Source: Chiloscyllium plagiosum (taxonomy: Eukaryota). From it: a stretch of DNA of 64,000 bases. A program made the position numbers and the translations under genes. The stretch is from positions 7,794,707-7,858,706 of the forward strand of contig NC_057718.1 of NCBI RefSeq assembly GCF_004010195.1. The letters run 5' to 3'. This document shows, in pieces, positions 48,790 through 61,632 of this stretch (position 1 is its first letter; each line of letters starts with the position of its first letter). The notes under the pieces were generated by a model. That model saw only the letters and a program-made list of their open reading frames with translations. It searched no databases and had not been told where the DNA came from.

Positions 48790-50439
48790 AATTCTCCAAT
48801 GTTGTACACTAAAGACTAAATACTTTTAGAAAATGCCCAAGCGTACACTTTCTAGTTTTATTTTGAACAATCACAGGGTCAAAAAGCAGCCCTTGACCTG
48901 ACCTTTGCCACCTCTCCTCTTCTCCAACTTCTAGCTGACTGTGTTTACATTTGATTGCCCTGTTGGAAAAACTGGACCAAATTAGTAAGTACCTCAAGCA
49001 ATGCATACAGCTGAGAAAGGAGTATCAAATTAAATTGTCATAAGCAGTGAAAACTGAACCCCCATCCTCAATATAATTTGATATTTTTTTTAATCAACCT
49101 GTTATTACACAACTCTGGAGTAAGGAGCACTTGAACTTAAGCCTCCGAGGCAAAAGTGGGGACTACAGATGCTGGTGATCAGAGTCAAGGGTCTGGTGCT
49201 GGAAGAGCACAGCAGGTCAGGCAGCATCCAAGGAGCAGAGAATCAGCATTTTGGGCAAAAGCCCTTCATCAGGAATGAGGATGAAGGGCTTTTGCCTGAA
49301 ATGTTGATTCTCCTAAATCACCTGGCCCAGACCTAGGGGCACTACCACGACACTTCTATGCATTTTGGTGGGTGTTTCTCCAACACATGTTTGGAGATTC
49401 TATTACACACCTCTAGAGCAGATGGGACTACAATCTGTGCCTCCTGGCTTAGAGGCAGAGATGCTACCACTTCCCCACAATAGCCCTTAATGCATTTTGA
49501 TACAATTCACTCACACAATTTATGAATTAGCTCTGACCCAACTTTCTGTTTTGTTGTCTTTGATTCTGAGGTAATTAATGTTTTATGGCCTGTAAATATT
49601 TAGGCATTAACAATCAGCTGAAATGGTCCAGTTTTATGTTAAATGGAAGCTAACCACAATCTTAATTTTAAAACAAAAAGTTACCGGAAATAATACTCAT
49701 TCAACAGTGTCCTTTTTACCAGCTCAGTGTTTACAGCTTTATGAATGGAATATTTGAATGTACAACTTGCAAATCACAGGTTTTGCATGAGTGATATTTT
49801 CAGATCTAACATTCTCAGACTGACGTTTACGGTGTGACAGTGCGTGGAGTGACATATTCAGGTGTATTTACGGGTATCAAAATATGAAATACTAGAAACT
49901 GCAGAACAGTTCTGAGAGGGTCACGGGACCCGAAATGTTAATGCTGATTTCTCTCTGCAGATGCTGCCAGACCTGCTGAGCTTTTCCAGCAATTTCTGTT
50001 TTTGTTTCTGATTAACAGCATCCTCAGTTCTTTTTATTTGGTATTTACAGGTGTGGCAATTTCAGATTTAATGTTCACGCCATTCTGAAAAAACGTTTTT
50101 CAACTAAAGAAAAATTGTGGCTTAATTTTCAAACTCATGATGTAAATCTTTGGACTGTATTTGGAGCGATTTAATTTTGTTAAAAAACATGCTGCAGTAA
50201 TTTAAGTATGAAAGACTCCGGTGGTCAACCTGGGAATGGATGCAGACTCCTAATTAGAAAGGAGATCAAGTTCACAAGACAGAACAATATCTTATATTTA
50301 TAAAACACCTTTCACAATTTCAGGAGTGCTCTATAGCCTTTGATGTTTTTGCACAATAATAAATTGCAAAGTTATGAAAATGTTAGCTCCTGTATATAAT
50401 CATATCTCTTTCCACCTCTCATCTGTCTCTAAATTACAT

Positions 50440-50750
50440 TTACTTACAGTGTGGAAACAGGCCCTTCGGCCCAACAAGTCCACACTGACCCTCCGAAGAG
50501 CAACCCACTCAGCCCCATTCCCCTACATTTACCCTTTCACCTAACACTATGGGCAATTTAGCATGGCCAATTCACCTAACCTGCATATTTTGGGACTGTG
50601 GAAGGAAACCGGAGCACCCGGAGGAAACCCACGCAGACACGGGGGGAATGTGCAAACACCACACTGACAGTCGCCTGAGGTGGGGATTGAATCCGGGTCT
50701 CTGGCGCTGTGAGGCAGCAGTGCTAACCACTGTGCCATCGTGCCGCCCAC
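50440..50750 (-). mobile_element. HE1-type V-SINE, abutting a CR1 3' fragment (50765-51150, -)
   Basis: Box A/B and V-domain on the minus strand. Confidence 0.88.
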
Positions 50751-53003
50751 AATATCCTTCCAAAACGTGCCGCCCACAATATCCTTCCAAACCTTTCCTA
50801 TTCATGAACTTACCCAAATGTCTTTTAACCATTGTAACAAAACACACATTCACCACTTCCTCTGGAAGTTCATTCCACACACGAACCACTCTCTGTGTAA
50901 AAAAGAAAGTTGTCCCTCATGTCCATTTTAAATTTTTCTCCTCTCACCTTGAAAATATGCTCCATCGCTTTGAACTTCCTCCACCCTAGGGAAAAGGCTT
51001 TTGTGATTCACCTTATCTGTGCCTCTCATAATTTCATAAACCTCGCCACGGTTACCCCTCAGCCTCGCCACGGTTACCCCTCAGCCTCCTACGGTCCAGT
51101 GCAAAAAGGTCCCAGCCTATTTTTATGACTCGAACCCTCCATTCCCTTGACCCTACCTCTGCCATACTCTCAAGCAGTACATTCTGGGCCTGAGCCACTC
51201 CCTGTATGAGTTGCATATACTGTCACGTTGTGTTTGCTTCCTTTGCCAGTTACTTGAAATCTGTGTCCTGTCAGCCATTCCTATGGCTGGAAAAGATGTC
51301 AGCCATTTTGAAAGTGTAGCAGGGAATACTACCTGTGTAATTATCCATTCCCCGCCATTAACCTGATTGCTGTTTGTAGGAACATGCTGCTGTCCGCAAG
51401 TAAACTTCTGAACTTTATAAATACTCAACAATCTGTGAGGTGCTTTAAGAGGTTCTAGGTTTGTGGAAGCTGCTATATCAATGGGAATTCTTTTTTTTTT
51501 GGCAAGATGAGTCATAGAGATATACAGCACGGAAACAGACCATTCGGTCCAACTTGTTCATACTGATCAGATATCCTAAATTAATCTGGTCCCATTTGCC
51601 ATCACTTGGCCCCTATTCCTCTGAACCAATCCTATTCATAGATCCATCCAGATGCCTTTTAAATGTTGCAATTGTCAGACTTACTGCTCCATTTCTTCAC
51701 CTCCCACATTGTATCTGCTTTGTCTTTCTTCCTCCCTTTTTCTTAAAGTGCTGTTGTGTTGAACTTTTTTTCAAAGTTCCAAAACAATGCAACAGCTTAT
51801 AAAACAGTAATTACTGTGCCAAATATTCAAGGAAATCAGCTCCGATACTGAAAATATGGACATATGAAGATATATGGATCCATTACAGGTAATGAGCTTC
51901 TGCATTTTAACTTCTTTATAGACTCAAATACACATGCGTTTATAAAATATGCACATACATAAATAAACCTGCAGTCAAGGATGAACACTTATGTACATCA
52001 ATCTCATACTGTTTGCGACAATGTTTTGCAGGGTGGGGTGTTTTGTCTGTGGACTTTATTTAAAATCATAAATCAACTTTCCTTGTATTGAGGTATTTTT
52101 GTGATGGTCTAATTATATCCTTTGAGCAGCCAGGCATCTGTGGAAGACCACAGAAATATCGCTGCAAGGTACAAATTGTACAGTCTGTTATTACAGTGAA
52201 AGTGGGGAGAGAGGAAGAGTGCAGATGCTATGAGTATTCATTCATTTGTTCGTTCAGTCAATCCACGGGGTTTCTGCATAATATCAAACCTGATGCAATA
52301 GAGAGGGGAATTGATTTCTCATCTTTCAGAGAGACTGAGGGAGGAAGTCTAATGAGTGAGACCTCTTGTCCTTTACAAAACTTATGCACTTTCTCCGATT
52401 GAAAACAAATTTTGTATTCAACCGGAGAAGTTTGTAAACTCAGGACAACGTAAAGCACTTCACATCCCACATTTGAAAGTTCCGTCACAGTGGTTAAACG
52501 TTTAAGACTCTTACAGGCCTCGACAGGGTAGATGCTCGATGACTTGAAAGGTTATCGAAAGATATTGATTCTGAAAAAGTTAATTACAATTTTCCATTAA
52601 CTCTTCACAGTCTGGTGATGGCGAAATGGTAAGTCCCAAACCAGCCTTTGCAGGGAGTTGGTGTGTTTTATACAGCTCTTGAGAGTCCTAGTAATTATGC
52701 CTGACTAATATAATTTATACTTATGGCTAGAATGCAATTAGCTGTCTCATTAATAAGACATGTGCCCCTTCTAATTAGATTCCCCAGTGATCTACCTTCA
52801 GACTATTAGACATGCCCAAGGATAGGTTATGTTGAGAAATTAAACAAATTAGGCCTGTTTTTTTCTAGAGATAAGCAGTTGAGGAATGATCTGATTGACG
52901 TCTTCAACGTTTTGGCAGGATAGATAATGATAAACTATCTCCACTGATTTAGATTCTAGAACTGAAGGGATGGTCTGAAAATTAGAGCCAGACTATTCAG
53001 GCA

Positions 53004-54030
53004 ATAGTAACAAAGAGGATTGATGAGGGCAGAATGGTAGATGTGATCTATATGGACTACACAGTAAGGCATTCGACAAGGTTCCCCATTGGAGACTGGT
53101 TAGCAAGGTTAGATCGCACGGAATACAGGGAGAACTAGTCATTTGGATACAGAACTGACTCAAAGGTAGAAGATAGAGGGTGGTGGTGGAGGGTTGTTTT
53201 TCAGACTGGAGGCCTGTGACCAGTGGAGTGCCACAAGGATCGGTGCTGGGTCCTCTACTTTTTGTTATTTACATAAATGATTTGGATGCGAGCATAAGAA
53301 GTACAGTTAGTAAGTTTGCAGATGACACCAAAATTGGAGGTNNNNNNNNNNNNNNNNNNNNNNNNNNNNNNNNNNNNNNNNNNNNNNNNNNNNNNNNNNN
53401 NNNNNNNNNNNNNNNNNNNNNNNNNNNNNNNNNNNNNNNNNNNNNNNNNNNNNNNNNNNNNNNNNNNNNNNNNNNNNNNNNNNNNNNNNNNNNNNNNNNN
53501 NNNNNNNNNNNNNNNNNNNNNNNNNNNNNNNNNNNNNNNNNNNNNNNNNNNNNNNNNNNNNNTTACAAGGATATTGCCAGGATTGGAGGATCTGAGCTAT
53601 AGGGAGAGGCTGAACAGGCTGGGGCTGTTTTCCCTGGAGCGTCGGAGGCTGAGGGGTGACCTTATAGAGGTTTACAAAATTATGAGGGGCATGGATAGGG
53701 TAAATAGGCAAAGTCTTTTCCCTGGGGTGGGGGAGTCCAGAACTAGAAGGCATAGGTTTTAGGTGAGAGGGGAAAGATATAAAAGGGACCTAAGGGGCAA
53801 CCTTTTCACAGAGAGGGTGGTACATGTCTGGAATGAGCTGTCAGAGGAAGTGGTGGAGACTGGTACAATTACAACATTTAAGAGGCACTTGGATGGGTAT
53901 ATGAATAGGAAGGGTTTGGAGGGATATCGGCCGGGTGCTGGCAGGTGAGACTGGATCGGGTTGGGATATCTGGTTGGCATGGACGAGTTGGACTGAAGGG
54001 TCTGTTTCCGTGGTGTACATCTCTATGACT
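53004..54030 (+). mobile_element. 5'-truncated CR1/HER1 LINE spanning an assembly gap (53342-53562)
   Basis: [38 protein letters not shown] and LGLFSLERRRLRGDLIEVYKIMRG. Confidence 0.9.
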
Positions 54031-55044
54031 GTAAAGCATTTCGATACGAAAATGGTGACGGATGTTTGGAACTCTCTTCCACAAACAGCAGTTGATCCAT
54101 TATTAACTTTAATCCTGAGATTGAGAAAATTGTGTTAAACAAAGGTAGTAAGGGATAAGGGCCAAAGGCAAGTGAATTGAGTTAGGCCACAGATCAGCCA
54201 GGATCTCATTGAATCGTGGAACAGGATCAAGGCGCTGAATGGCCTCCACCTGTGTTTGTCTTTTCCTGTTGTTATCCTGAAGGCTGTGATCAGATCACCC
54301 TTTAACCTTCTAAATTCTAGAGAATAATTTATTGAATAATTCCTTGTAATTTAACCGAGGCCATGTTGAAGGTAGATTACTGTGCAGACTAAACAGAAGA
54401 GGATACTCCCATATTGCTGTGACCTCGACACAGCATACAGAGAAGAGAATTGGTCGTGTGAATGACTTCACCAACCCTTACCCTCGGCCAGGTTGGCACA
54501 AACCATGAAGTGCCAGCACTACCAATCAGGACAAGTGCCTCAAAGTCCACCTGAGACAATTAGCTTGGCTTTATTGAGTTACCAAATATCCAAAAGCAGC
54601 ACCTGGTCCTGTGGCAAGGGAAGGTGCCTCAGCAATTTACTGGAATTATTGGAGGAAATGGGGACAATGCAGTTATTTGCATTGACTTGGATAATCTGAT
54701 CTGTGGATCCTCGGAAGGTCAGCTTTTATGAGGCTATCACCATTGGGCTAAGGAGGTGGCAGGGGCGGGGAATATTTGTAGAAGACCTAACATTAATCAG
54801 AATAGTTGACTGCCAGGATAACTGTAACAAATGTCAGGGCAAGGCAGTAAATATACATCAGAAGACGTTTCGTGAGGAGGAATGGGAGGTGATGCATTTC
54901 GGAAGGGTGAATGAGAAAGCGACATCGTTTCAGGATTTGTAGGACTTTTCAAAAGTTACCAAAAGTGACGGAACCATGAGGCACGTGGGACAGGTGATCG
55001 ACAGTGAAGAGTATTTGAGAATATTTTTTACCTGAGGTTGTGGA

Positions 55045-55210
55045 TGACCTTGTTGACTTCAGGGATGAGCTGGTAAGTTTGTTTGCAGCTGTTTCATCAC
55101 TGTGCTAGGTAACCTTCAACAGAGGCACACTGATGATGTTACCTAGAATGCGGGCAAAATATCAGCAAACTAACTTACCAGCTCAGCGAGCAAGTCAACG
55201 ACCTTGATCA
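55045..55210. mobile_element. Degenerate Penelope-like family D palindrome
   Basis: The arms gagctggtaagtttgtttgc and gcaaactaacttaccagctc flank cactgatgatgttacctag. Confidence 0.65.
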
Positions 55211-55469
55211 ACAGTCTCCATCCGTAATCAGTGGGAATTAAAGGTTGGGAAAACAGCGTTGGACTGAAGCTAAATGAAAAGGAGTAAAGAAGAGGGAGTT
55301 AGGGATTCGGGAACATACTCTTTTGAAAGAGAGCTATTGGTTTAGCGACAATTTGAACCAACAGCAAAGGAGGTATTGGCATAAAGTTACCACAGTTCTG
55401 ACCATTGTTGCCCTGATTTTCCAGCAATAATCCAAAAACAGAAAGTGCTTAGCCATCTAACATTATTTG

Positions 55470-55990
55470 CCGTGATGCGGATGATTGTCATGGGGATTAC
55501 AGTGGCCATAGCAATGATGGTGGTCATCATGATGATGGTGACTGAGAGTGTGGTGGAGATGGACATGGTGAAATTGGTAGGCATGGTGATTATAATAGCT
55601 ATGGTTTTTATGGTGGTCATGGCGACGGTGGTGAACAGTGTAACAGTAGTGGCCATTGTAAAAATGATGGCAGTCATGGTAATGATGGTGGCAATCATGA
55701 TTACCCTGATTATGGGGATGATGGAGCAAGGCTGGTGGCCATGGTGATGGTGATGCACAGCAGGTCCGGCAGCATGTGAGGAACAGGAAAATCAATGTTT
55801 CGGGAAAAAGCCCTTCATCAGGGCTTCCTGATGAAGGGCTTTTGCCCGAAACATTGTTTTCCTGCTCCTCGGATGCTGCCTGACCTGCTGTGCTTTTCCA
55901 GCACCACTCTAATCTAGACTCTGATCTCCAGCATCTGCAGTCCTCACTTTCACCTTTTGATGATGGTGATGACAATAGCAATGATGGCGA
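55470..55990. repeat. Degenerate (GAT/GGT)n trinucleotide tract with a family A palindrome inserted at ~55755-55955
   Basis: atgatggtg-type low complexity; inverted arms centred at ~55824. Confidence 0.8.
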
Positions 55991-56649
55991 CAATTCACAG
56001 GACCTTTGGAATGAGATTAGTAAGTGAAGTATATGCACTGTACACATGGGTCTGGTGCACCAGGAGACAACCGACACGACACCTAATTGGGACCTTATTG
56101 CAGTCATGTAACTGAAGAGATTGACAAATCAACATGCAACTCACTGGCCTTTGTGAATCCCTCAAAGGTTTAGTTGTAAATGTTTCCAAGATGATGCAGA
56201 GAAATCCCCCAATTCTCAACCATCGTGTCCAGACCACAGACACAACTGGCATGAATCCTTTCCGTTCCATTATTATTCAACATTTCTGATGCTGAATCCA
56301 AAGTTAATTCCAAATCTTGACTATTAATCACTCTGCAAAGCCGTGGTGACCCAGCCAACTACTGAATGACTGAAATAATTATCACTTTAAAAAGAAACCT
56401 CCCATTTTACATCATGTGCATCATAAACTGTGTTATGATGATGTTATTTGAAGCACAGTTTTTTAAAATTCATCTGTTGGCTCCTTCTAAATGATTTGAA
56501 TTATAAGTTCAGCGTTGCAGAGATGAACTTTGTACTTTTTTTAAATTCACGGATGGAATGTGGGTCACTGGCTTGGCCCAGCATTTATGGTCTGTCCATA
56601 GTTGCCCTGGAGTAGGTGGTTTTCAGCTGTCTCCTTGAATCACTGCAGT

Positions 56650-56960
56650 TGGGTGGCTCAGTGGTTAGCACTGCCGCCTCACAGCACCAGTGACCCGGGT
56701 TCAATTCCTGCCTGAGGCAACTGTCTGTGTGGAGTTTGCATATTCTCCCCGTGTCTGCGTGGGTTTCCTCCCGCAATCCAAAAATGTTCAGGTCAGATGG
56801 ATTGGCCATGCTAAATTGCCCCGTAGTGTTCATGGATGTGTAGATTAGGGGCATTAGTTGGGGGAAATGTAGAGTAACAGGGTAGGAGCATGGGTTTGGG
56901 TGGGGGGGGACGATGTGGACTTGTTGGGCCAAATGGCCTGTTTCCACACTGTAGGGATTC
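56650..56960 (+). mobile_element. HE1-type V-SINE nested in a minus-strand CR1/SINE tail
   Basis: GGTGGCTCAGTGG..GGTTCAATTCC, V-domain and tail gtagggattct. Confidence 0.85.
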
Positions 56961-58469
56961 TGAGCGTCCATATGCTGTAGATAGACCTACAATATCATTG
57001 GAGAGGGAATTCCTGGATTCTGTCCTAGCGACAGTGAAGAAATGGTTATATATTTCTAAGTCAGGATGGTGAGTGGCCGGGAGGGAACTTGAAGGTGGTG
57101 GTGTTCCCACGTATCTGCAGGCCTTCTCCTTTTGGATGGGAATGGTCATGGATTTGGAAGTTGCTGTCAAAGGGTCTTTGGAAAATTTTTTCAAGTTTTG
57201 AAGATTCAAAGTGGAAATGGACAGACAGATCTTTAGGCAGTAGGGGCATTGAGGGTTATGGGGAAAGGGCAAGGAAGTGGAGTTGAGAATTATCAGATCA
57301 GCTGTGATTTCACTGAATAGCAGGACAGACTCAATGGGCTGAATGGTCTACTGCACCATATCTTATGGCCTGATGAGTTAACTGATTAAAGTTTAGAATA
57401 ATTAAGAGGTGTGATAGGACCTTAATCATCTTAAAGACATCAGTTATATTGTGATTACTCTTCAATATTTTGAGGAACTGCAAACCTAGCTCAGCAGGGT
57501 CTGGGAGAGTGAGGTGCATCAGGTCCCAATAACTGGGATCTTGGACTTGAGGAACATATTGTGCACATGTGGAGCTGCTGTGTTCAGCTCCCAGGCCAGT
57601 GAGCCAGGCCCAGGGTATCACCATGACCTATGATTTCTGTCCAGGCACCTCTCTCTCAGCCCCTGTAACATTTCAGGTAATTAAAAGTGTCCTTCTCGCT
57701 ATTGTTACCTACAACAAAGACAGATCGCTAATCACCAGACTGCAGCCCGAAACCTCGATTCTCCTGCTCCTTGGATGCTGCCTGATCTGCTGTGCTTTTC
57801 CAGCACCACACTACGACTGGAAAAGATATCAGGTATAAGGCACCAAAATCAAATGGGATTTGCCAAAGTAAATGGGGTAAGTTTCTAGGTTTCTGAGAGG
57901 GTGTTACAGTTTACTCAAGGTGTCCAGGTTGCTGTGGGATCAAACATCTCGCAGCCTGAAACCATCGGCAGTGGCAGTGCCATCTTGAACTTTCTGACCA
58001 TCTCCCAGTTGGCCAGGAATCTCTCCTGTTCTTACAGCGATGTGCTACTCATGTACGTTTGGCCCTCAGTGCATTTGGCTGTGATTCTGAACACACCTTT
58101 CTTTTGGTCATCATGTCCTGGTGAGGGGTTCAATCTGTCTTTGTGACTACACCACAAGTTCCCGTCCGAGTCACCGACTAGAGAGCAACAATTTCAACTT
58201 CGCATCGAGAGAAGGAAAGAAAAGGGGAGGAGGGGAGATGTTGTGTGACACAGAGTTTCTGATCAGAAACAGCTGAAAATTCATTCCCGTAAATAGATTT
58301 TTTCAAGACAGCTGCATAACTGTTTGAAAGTGGAAAACATTAATAAAACGAAGATTAAAGAAGGACTTGCATATACATCACACCTCTCATGGCCTCGGGA
58401 CAATACGGAGAGCTTCAGAGTCAATGAAATGCTTTGAAGTATAGTCACTGTTGACAGATCCACAAATGT

Positions 58470-59200
58470 AGGGTCATTAGTCGGCCATTCAGCCCGTTGA
58501 GCCTGCTCTGTCATTCAATTGGATCATGGCTGATCCGATAACCCTCAACTCTACATTCTTGTGTTTTCCCCCATAGCTCTCGATTCTCTCACTGATTGAA
58601 AATCATCTCTCTCAGCCTTGAATACGCTGTAATGATCTAGCCACAACAGATTCCTGTGAGAGAAGAAAGCGCTCCTCATCTCAGTACAACCTCTTATTCT
58701 AAGATGATACCTTTATCTCCTAGATTCTCCCACAATGGGAAACAACTTCTTAACATCTGCCCCGTCTACTCCCCTAAGAGACTTACATGTTTCATTCAGA
58801 TCATCTATCATTCTTCTGAACTCCAATGAGTACAGGCCCAACCTACACAACCTCGCTTCATAAGAAAATCCCTCCATACCTGGAAAAAATGAACCCTCTC
58901 TGAACTGTACCCAGTGGCAGTGTACCTTTCCCTAGAAGAGGGGGGTTAGAAAGCGTGGTGCTGAAAGAGCAAATCCCTGATGAAGGGCCTATGCTCTCAA
59001 AATCGACTCTTTCAGAAAGCGCCACACTTTCTGACTTTGATCTCCAGCATCTGCCGTCCTCACCCTCTCTGTGAAGAGAAGAGCAAAGCTGTTGACTGTA
59101 TTCTAGCTGTGGCCTTACTAGTGCCTTGTATAGTTTCAGCAAGACATCCCTCTTTTTACACTCCTTTCCCTTTGAAATAGAGGTCAATATACATTGTCGA
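58470..59200 (-). mobile_element. Old CR1 3' fragment with a short family A insertion (~58945-59065)
   Basis: Minus strand ..RDVLLKLYKALVRPQLEYSQQL.. Confidence 0.7.
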
Positions 59201-59639
59201 CATTTTATAGAATGGGGGCAAACATGCATCCTTGAAAATCAGGCCCAAAATGTGGTAAATTAGTGAAACCTTGCGTCTGAATCTTCACCACCTCATTATG
59301 AGTAAGTGACAGGTCTTAGTAGGTGCATGTCAGACAATATTTCTTGAGGCAATGTTGATCAAGGCTGTGTGTTGTGGTCACATATGGTTTTAATTTTCTG
59401 GGGTTAACATTGAATGTTTGAAAACAGATTTGCACTCTGGGCACTGAGTCAGAGAGTAAATTCAGGCCAGTCTGCCAGAACAGAATACACTGTATAGAAA
59501 CATAACGACCATCTTGCTTCATTAGGACCTGTTAGATGATGGATGCTGTAGAATCCTAAACAAGGAATGAATCAATGCCTCTCTGCTCAAGGGCAATGGT
59601 AATGTAAGCATAAGTGTTTGTTAAGACTTGTTCAATCGT

Positions 59640-59940
59640 AGAATCCCTACAGTGTGGAATGAGACCATTCAGCCTTTTGGGTCTGCACCAATCCTTGGAA
59701 AAGCATCCCACCTAGACCCTTATACCTCACATTCCCCATGGCTAACCCACCCATCTCTGAACACTATGGAACAATTTAGCATGGCCAATCCACCTGACCT
59801 GCACATCTTTGGACTGTGGGAGGAAACCCACACTGACACAAGGAGAACGTGCAAACTCCACACAGACAGTCTCCCGAGGTGAAATCAAATTCTGGTCCCT
59901 GGCACTGTGGGGCAGCAATGCTAACCACTGAACCACCCCT
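59640..59940 (-). mobile_element. HE1-type V-SINE
   Basis: Homologous to the other HE1 copies. Confidence 0.85.
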
Positions 59941-60309
59941 CTTACTGTGTTGTCTTTCTGCAGTCACTATCAAGGTGACCTACAATCACTGATGTGTGTT
60001 CTCCACACCTTTCCCCAGCTTCTCAATGTTCTTTGCGCTGAAATATCATCAAACCAAAGGCAAGTAGGGATTGGTGATTCAACCCAATGTAAATTCAGCT
60101 GATTTCTTTTGGAAAGAAAGGTGTTAAAACCTACCCCATGAGTGATAATGATATGTGGCACGTGTAACTTAGGATGAATGAGTGGCTCTGGATCCATGCT
60201 TCCTGAAATTCCTCATCAGTGGGTGTTTACCAACACTTCATGTTGTTCACTTTTTGATAGAGATTGACCAGTGGGATTGGTTAGTCAACAATCCTATTAT
60301 TGGAAAATG

Positions 60310-60530
60310 TCGAAGAGTGTGGTGCTGGAAAAGCACAGCTGGTCAGGAAGCATCTGAGGAGCAGGACAATCAATGTTTCAGGCATAAGCCCTTCATCAGG
60401 AACAAGGCTGATCAAGGGCTTATGCCTGAAACGTCGATTCTCCTGCTCCTCAGATGCTACCGGACCTGCTGTGCTTTTCCAGCACCACACTCTTCGACTC
60501 TGATCTCCAGCAGCTGCAGTCCTCCCTTTC
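60310..60530. mobile_element. Penelope-like family A tailed palindrome with 18-bp TSD (1 mismatch)
   Basis: TSD tcctattattggaaaatg at 60292-60309 and tcctattagtggaaaatg at 60531-60548. Confidence 0.85.
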
Positions 60531-61019
60531 TCCTATTAGTGGAAAATGGTAAAGAAGGTGGACAGCCAGTGGTCCCACAATCCTTTGCTTTACCCAACCA
60601 ACTAATAACAAGTTTCACTTCCAACAATTTCTATCTTTGTAATGTTGACGCCTTAGCCTTCGGGTTTTTCATACCATAGTGTTCTCCGGAACATGTTCCA
60701 AGGTGGCAGGACTCCCTTTTCAAAAGGCCTGGCCTTGCTAACGCAGGACGAGGTGAGAGAATTTAAGACGTCTGGGGATATCAGTCCAATTCCAGGTCCT
60801 GCGTTCAGGTCGGCCTGGGTGAGTAGACAGAGCAGATGGTGAAACCAATGTCCCACCCAATCTCACATTTTGCACTGGGAAGAAAGCACAAATTCTTTCC
60901 CTCACTCAACTTGCAAGGCCAGCGATTTTGAGCCAGAGATGTGTTCTGTGCATATTTTCTTGCCTGTTTCGACATGCATTGCCTTGGTTAAAGATCATAC
61001 TAAGAACTAAGTAAGCCTT

Positions 61020-61420
61020 ACTCTTGTAGAGCGCTTGTCATAACCTGAATCTGTCTCAAAGAACTTTGTCGGTGATGAGTTTTTTGACAGGGTGAGCGGT
61101 CACGGTTGTAATGTGGGAAATGCAGCAGCCATTTGGGTGGTGGGGGGGGAGCGCACAGCAAGATCCCATAATTAGCAACATAATTGAAGGCTAGACTGTT
61201 CATTCTGGTGATGGTAATTTGTGTGTTTGTATTTCTACTTCAAAATAATGTCGATGACACACGACCAATTCTGTCCACTGGAGAAGGCCAACAAGCACTC
61301 ATTCCCATCTGAAGTGGCATCTCCAACAGCGCAGCACTCCATGAGTACAGCATCAGCATGTCACCTTCATACTCAGGTGATAGACTGTAGCCCACTGAGA
61401 CCATATCTGGTATCCCAGTC
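61020..61420 (-). mobile_element. Old Deu-domain-like SINE relic just upstream of exon 3
   Basis: The minus strand has gctgtactcatggagtgctgcgctgttggagatgccacttcagatg and the tail aaatggctgctgcatttcccacattacaac. Confidence 0.5.
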
Positions 61421-61503
61421 AGAACCTCCACCTGGGTATGCTCCAGTATTCATTGCTGTCACTTGTATACTTACAAACCTAACCGTGATTTTCATTGTCA
61501 CAG

Positions 61504-61632
61504 ACAGGTTGTTCCATACGGGTTGGGGAATGCCGCGAAACTTCGGAAGCGGGAACTGACTCGATGTTTCTGCACCAAGGGCAAGGATGCAGAGTGCAGG
61601 ACCTTCTGCCAGTCACCAAGCAGAGTGCCACG
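61504..61632 (+). CDS. edn4: Preproendothelin exon 3 (big-ET C-terminus and endothelin-like domain at 61565-61609)
   Basis: Branch-like ctaac at ~61479 and acceptor ttttcattgtcacag|A. Translation (G)QVVPYGLGNAAKLRKRELTRCFCTKGKDAECRTFCQSPSRVP(R). Donor CG|gtatgt; phases 2/2. Confidence 0.95.

Noticed and set aside
55387..56107. Hydrophobic Met/Val-rich 'membrane protein' or poly-His ORFs
   Set aside because: Degenerate trinucleotide repeat plus a TE insertion.
3540..59940. tRNA genes suggested by box A/box B motifs
   Set aside because: They are SINE heads followed by V-domain or LINE-derived tails, with no complete cloverleaf.
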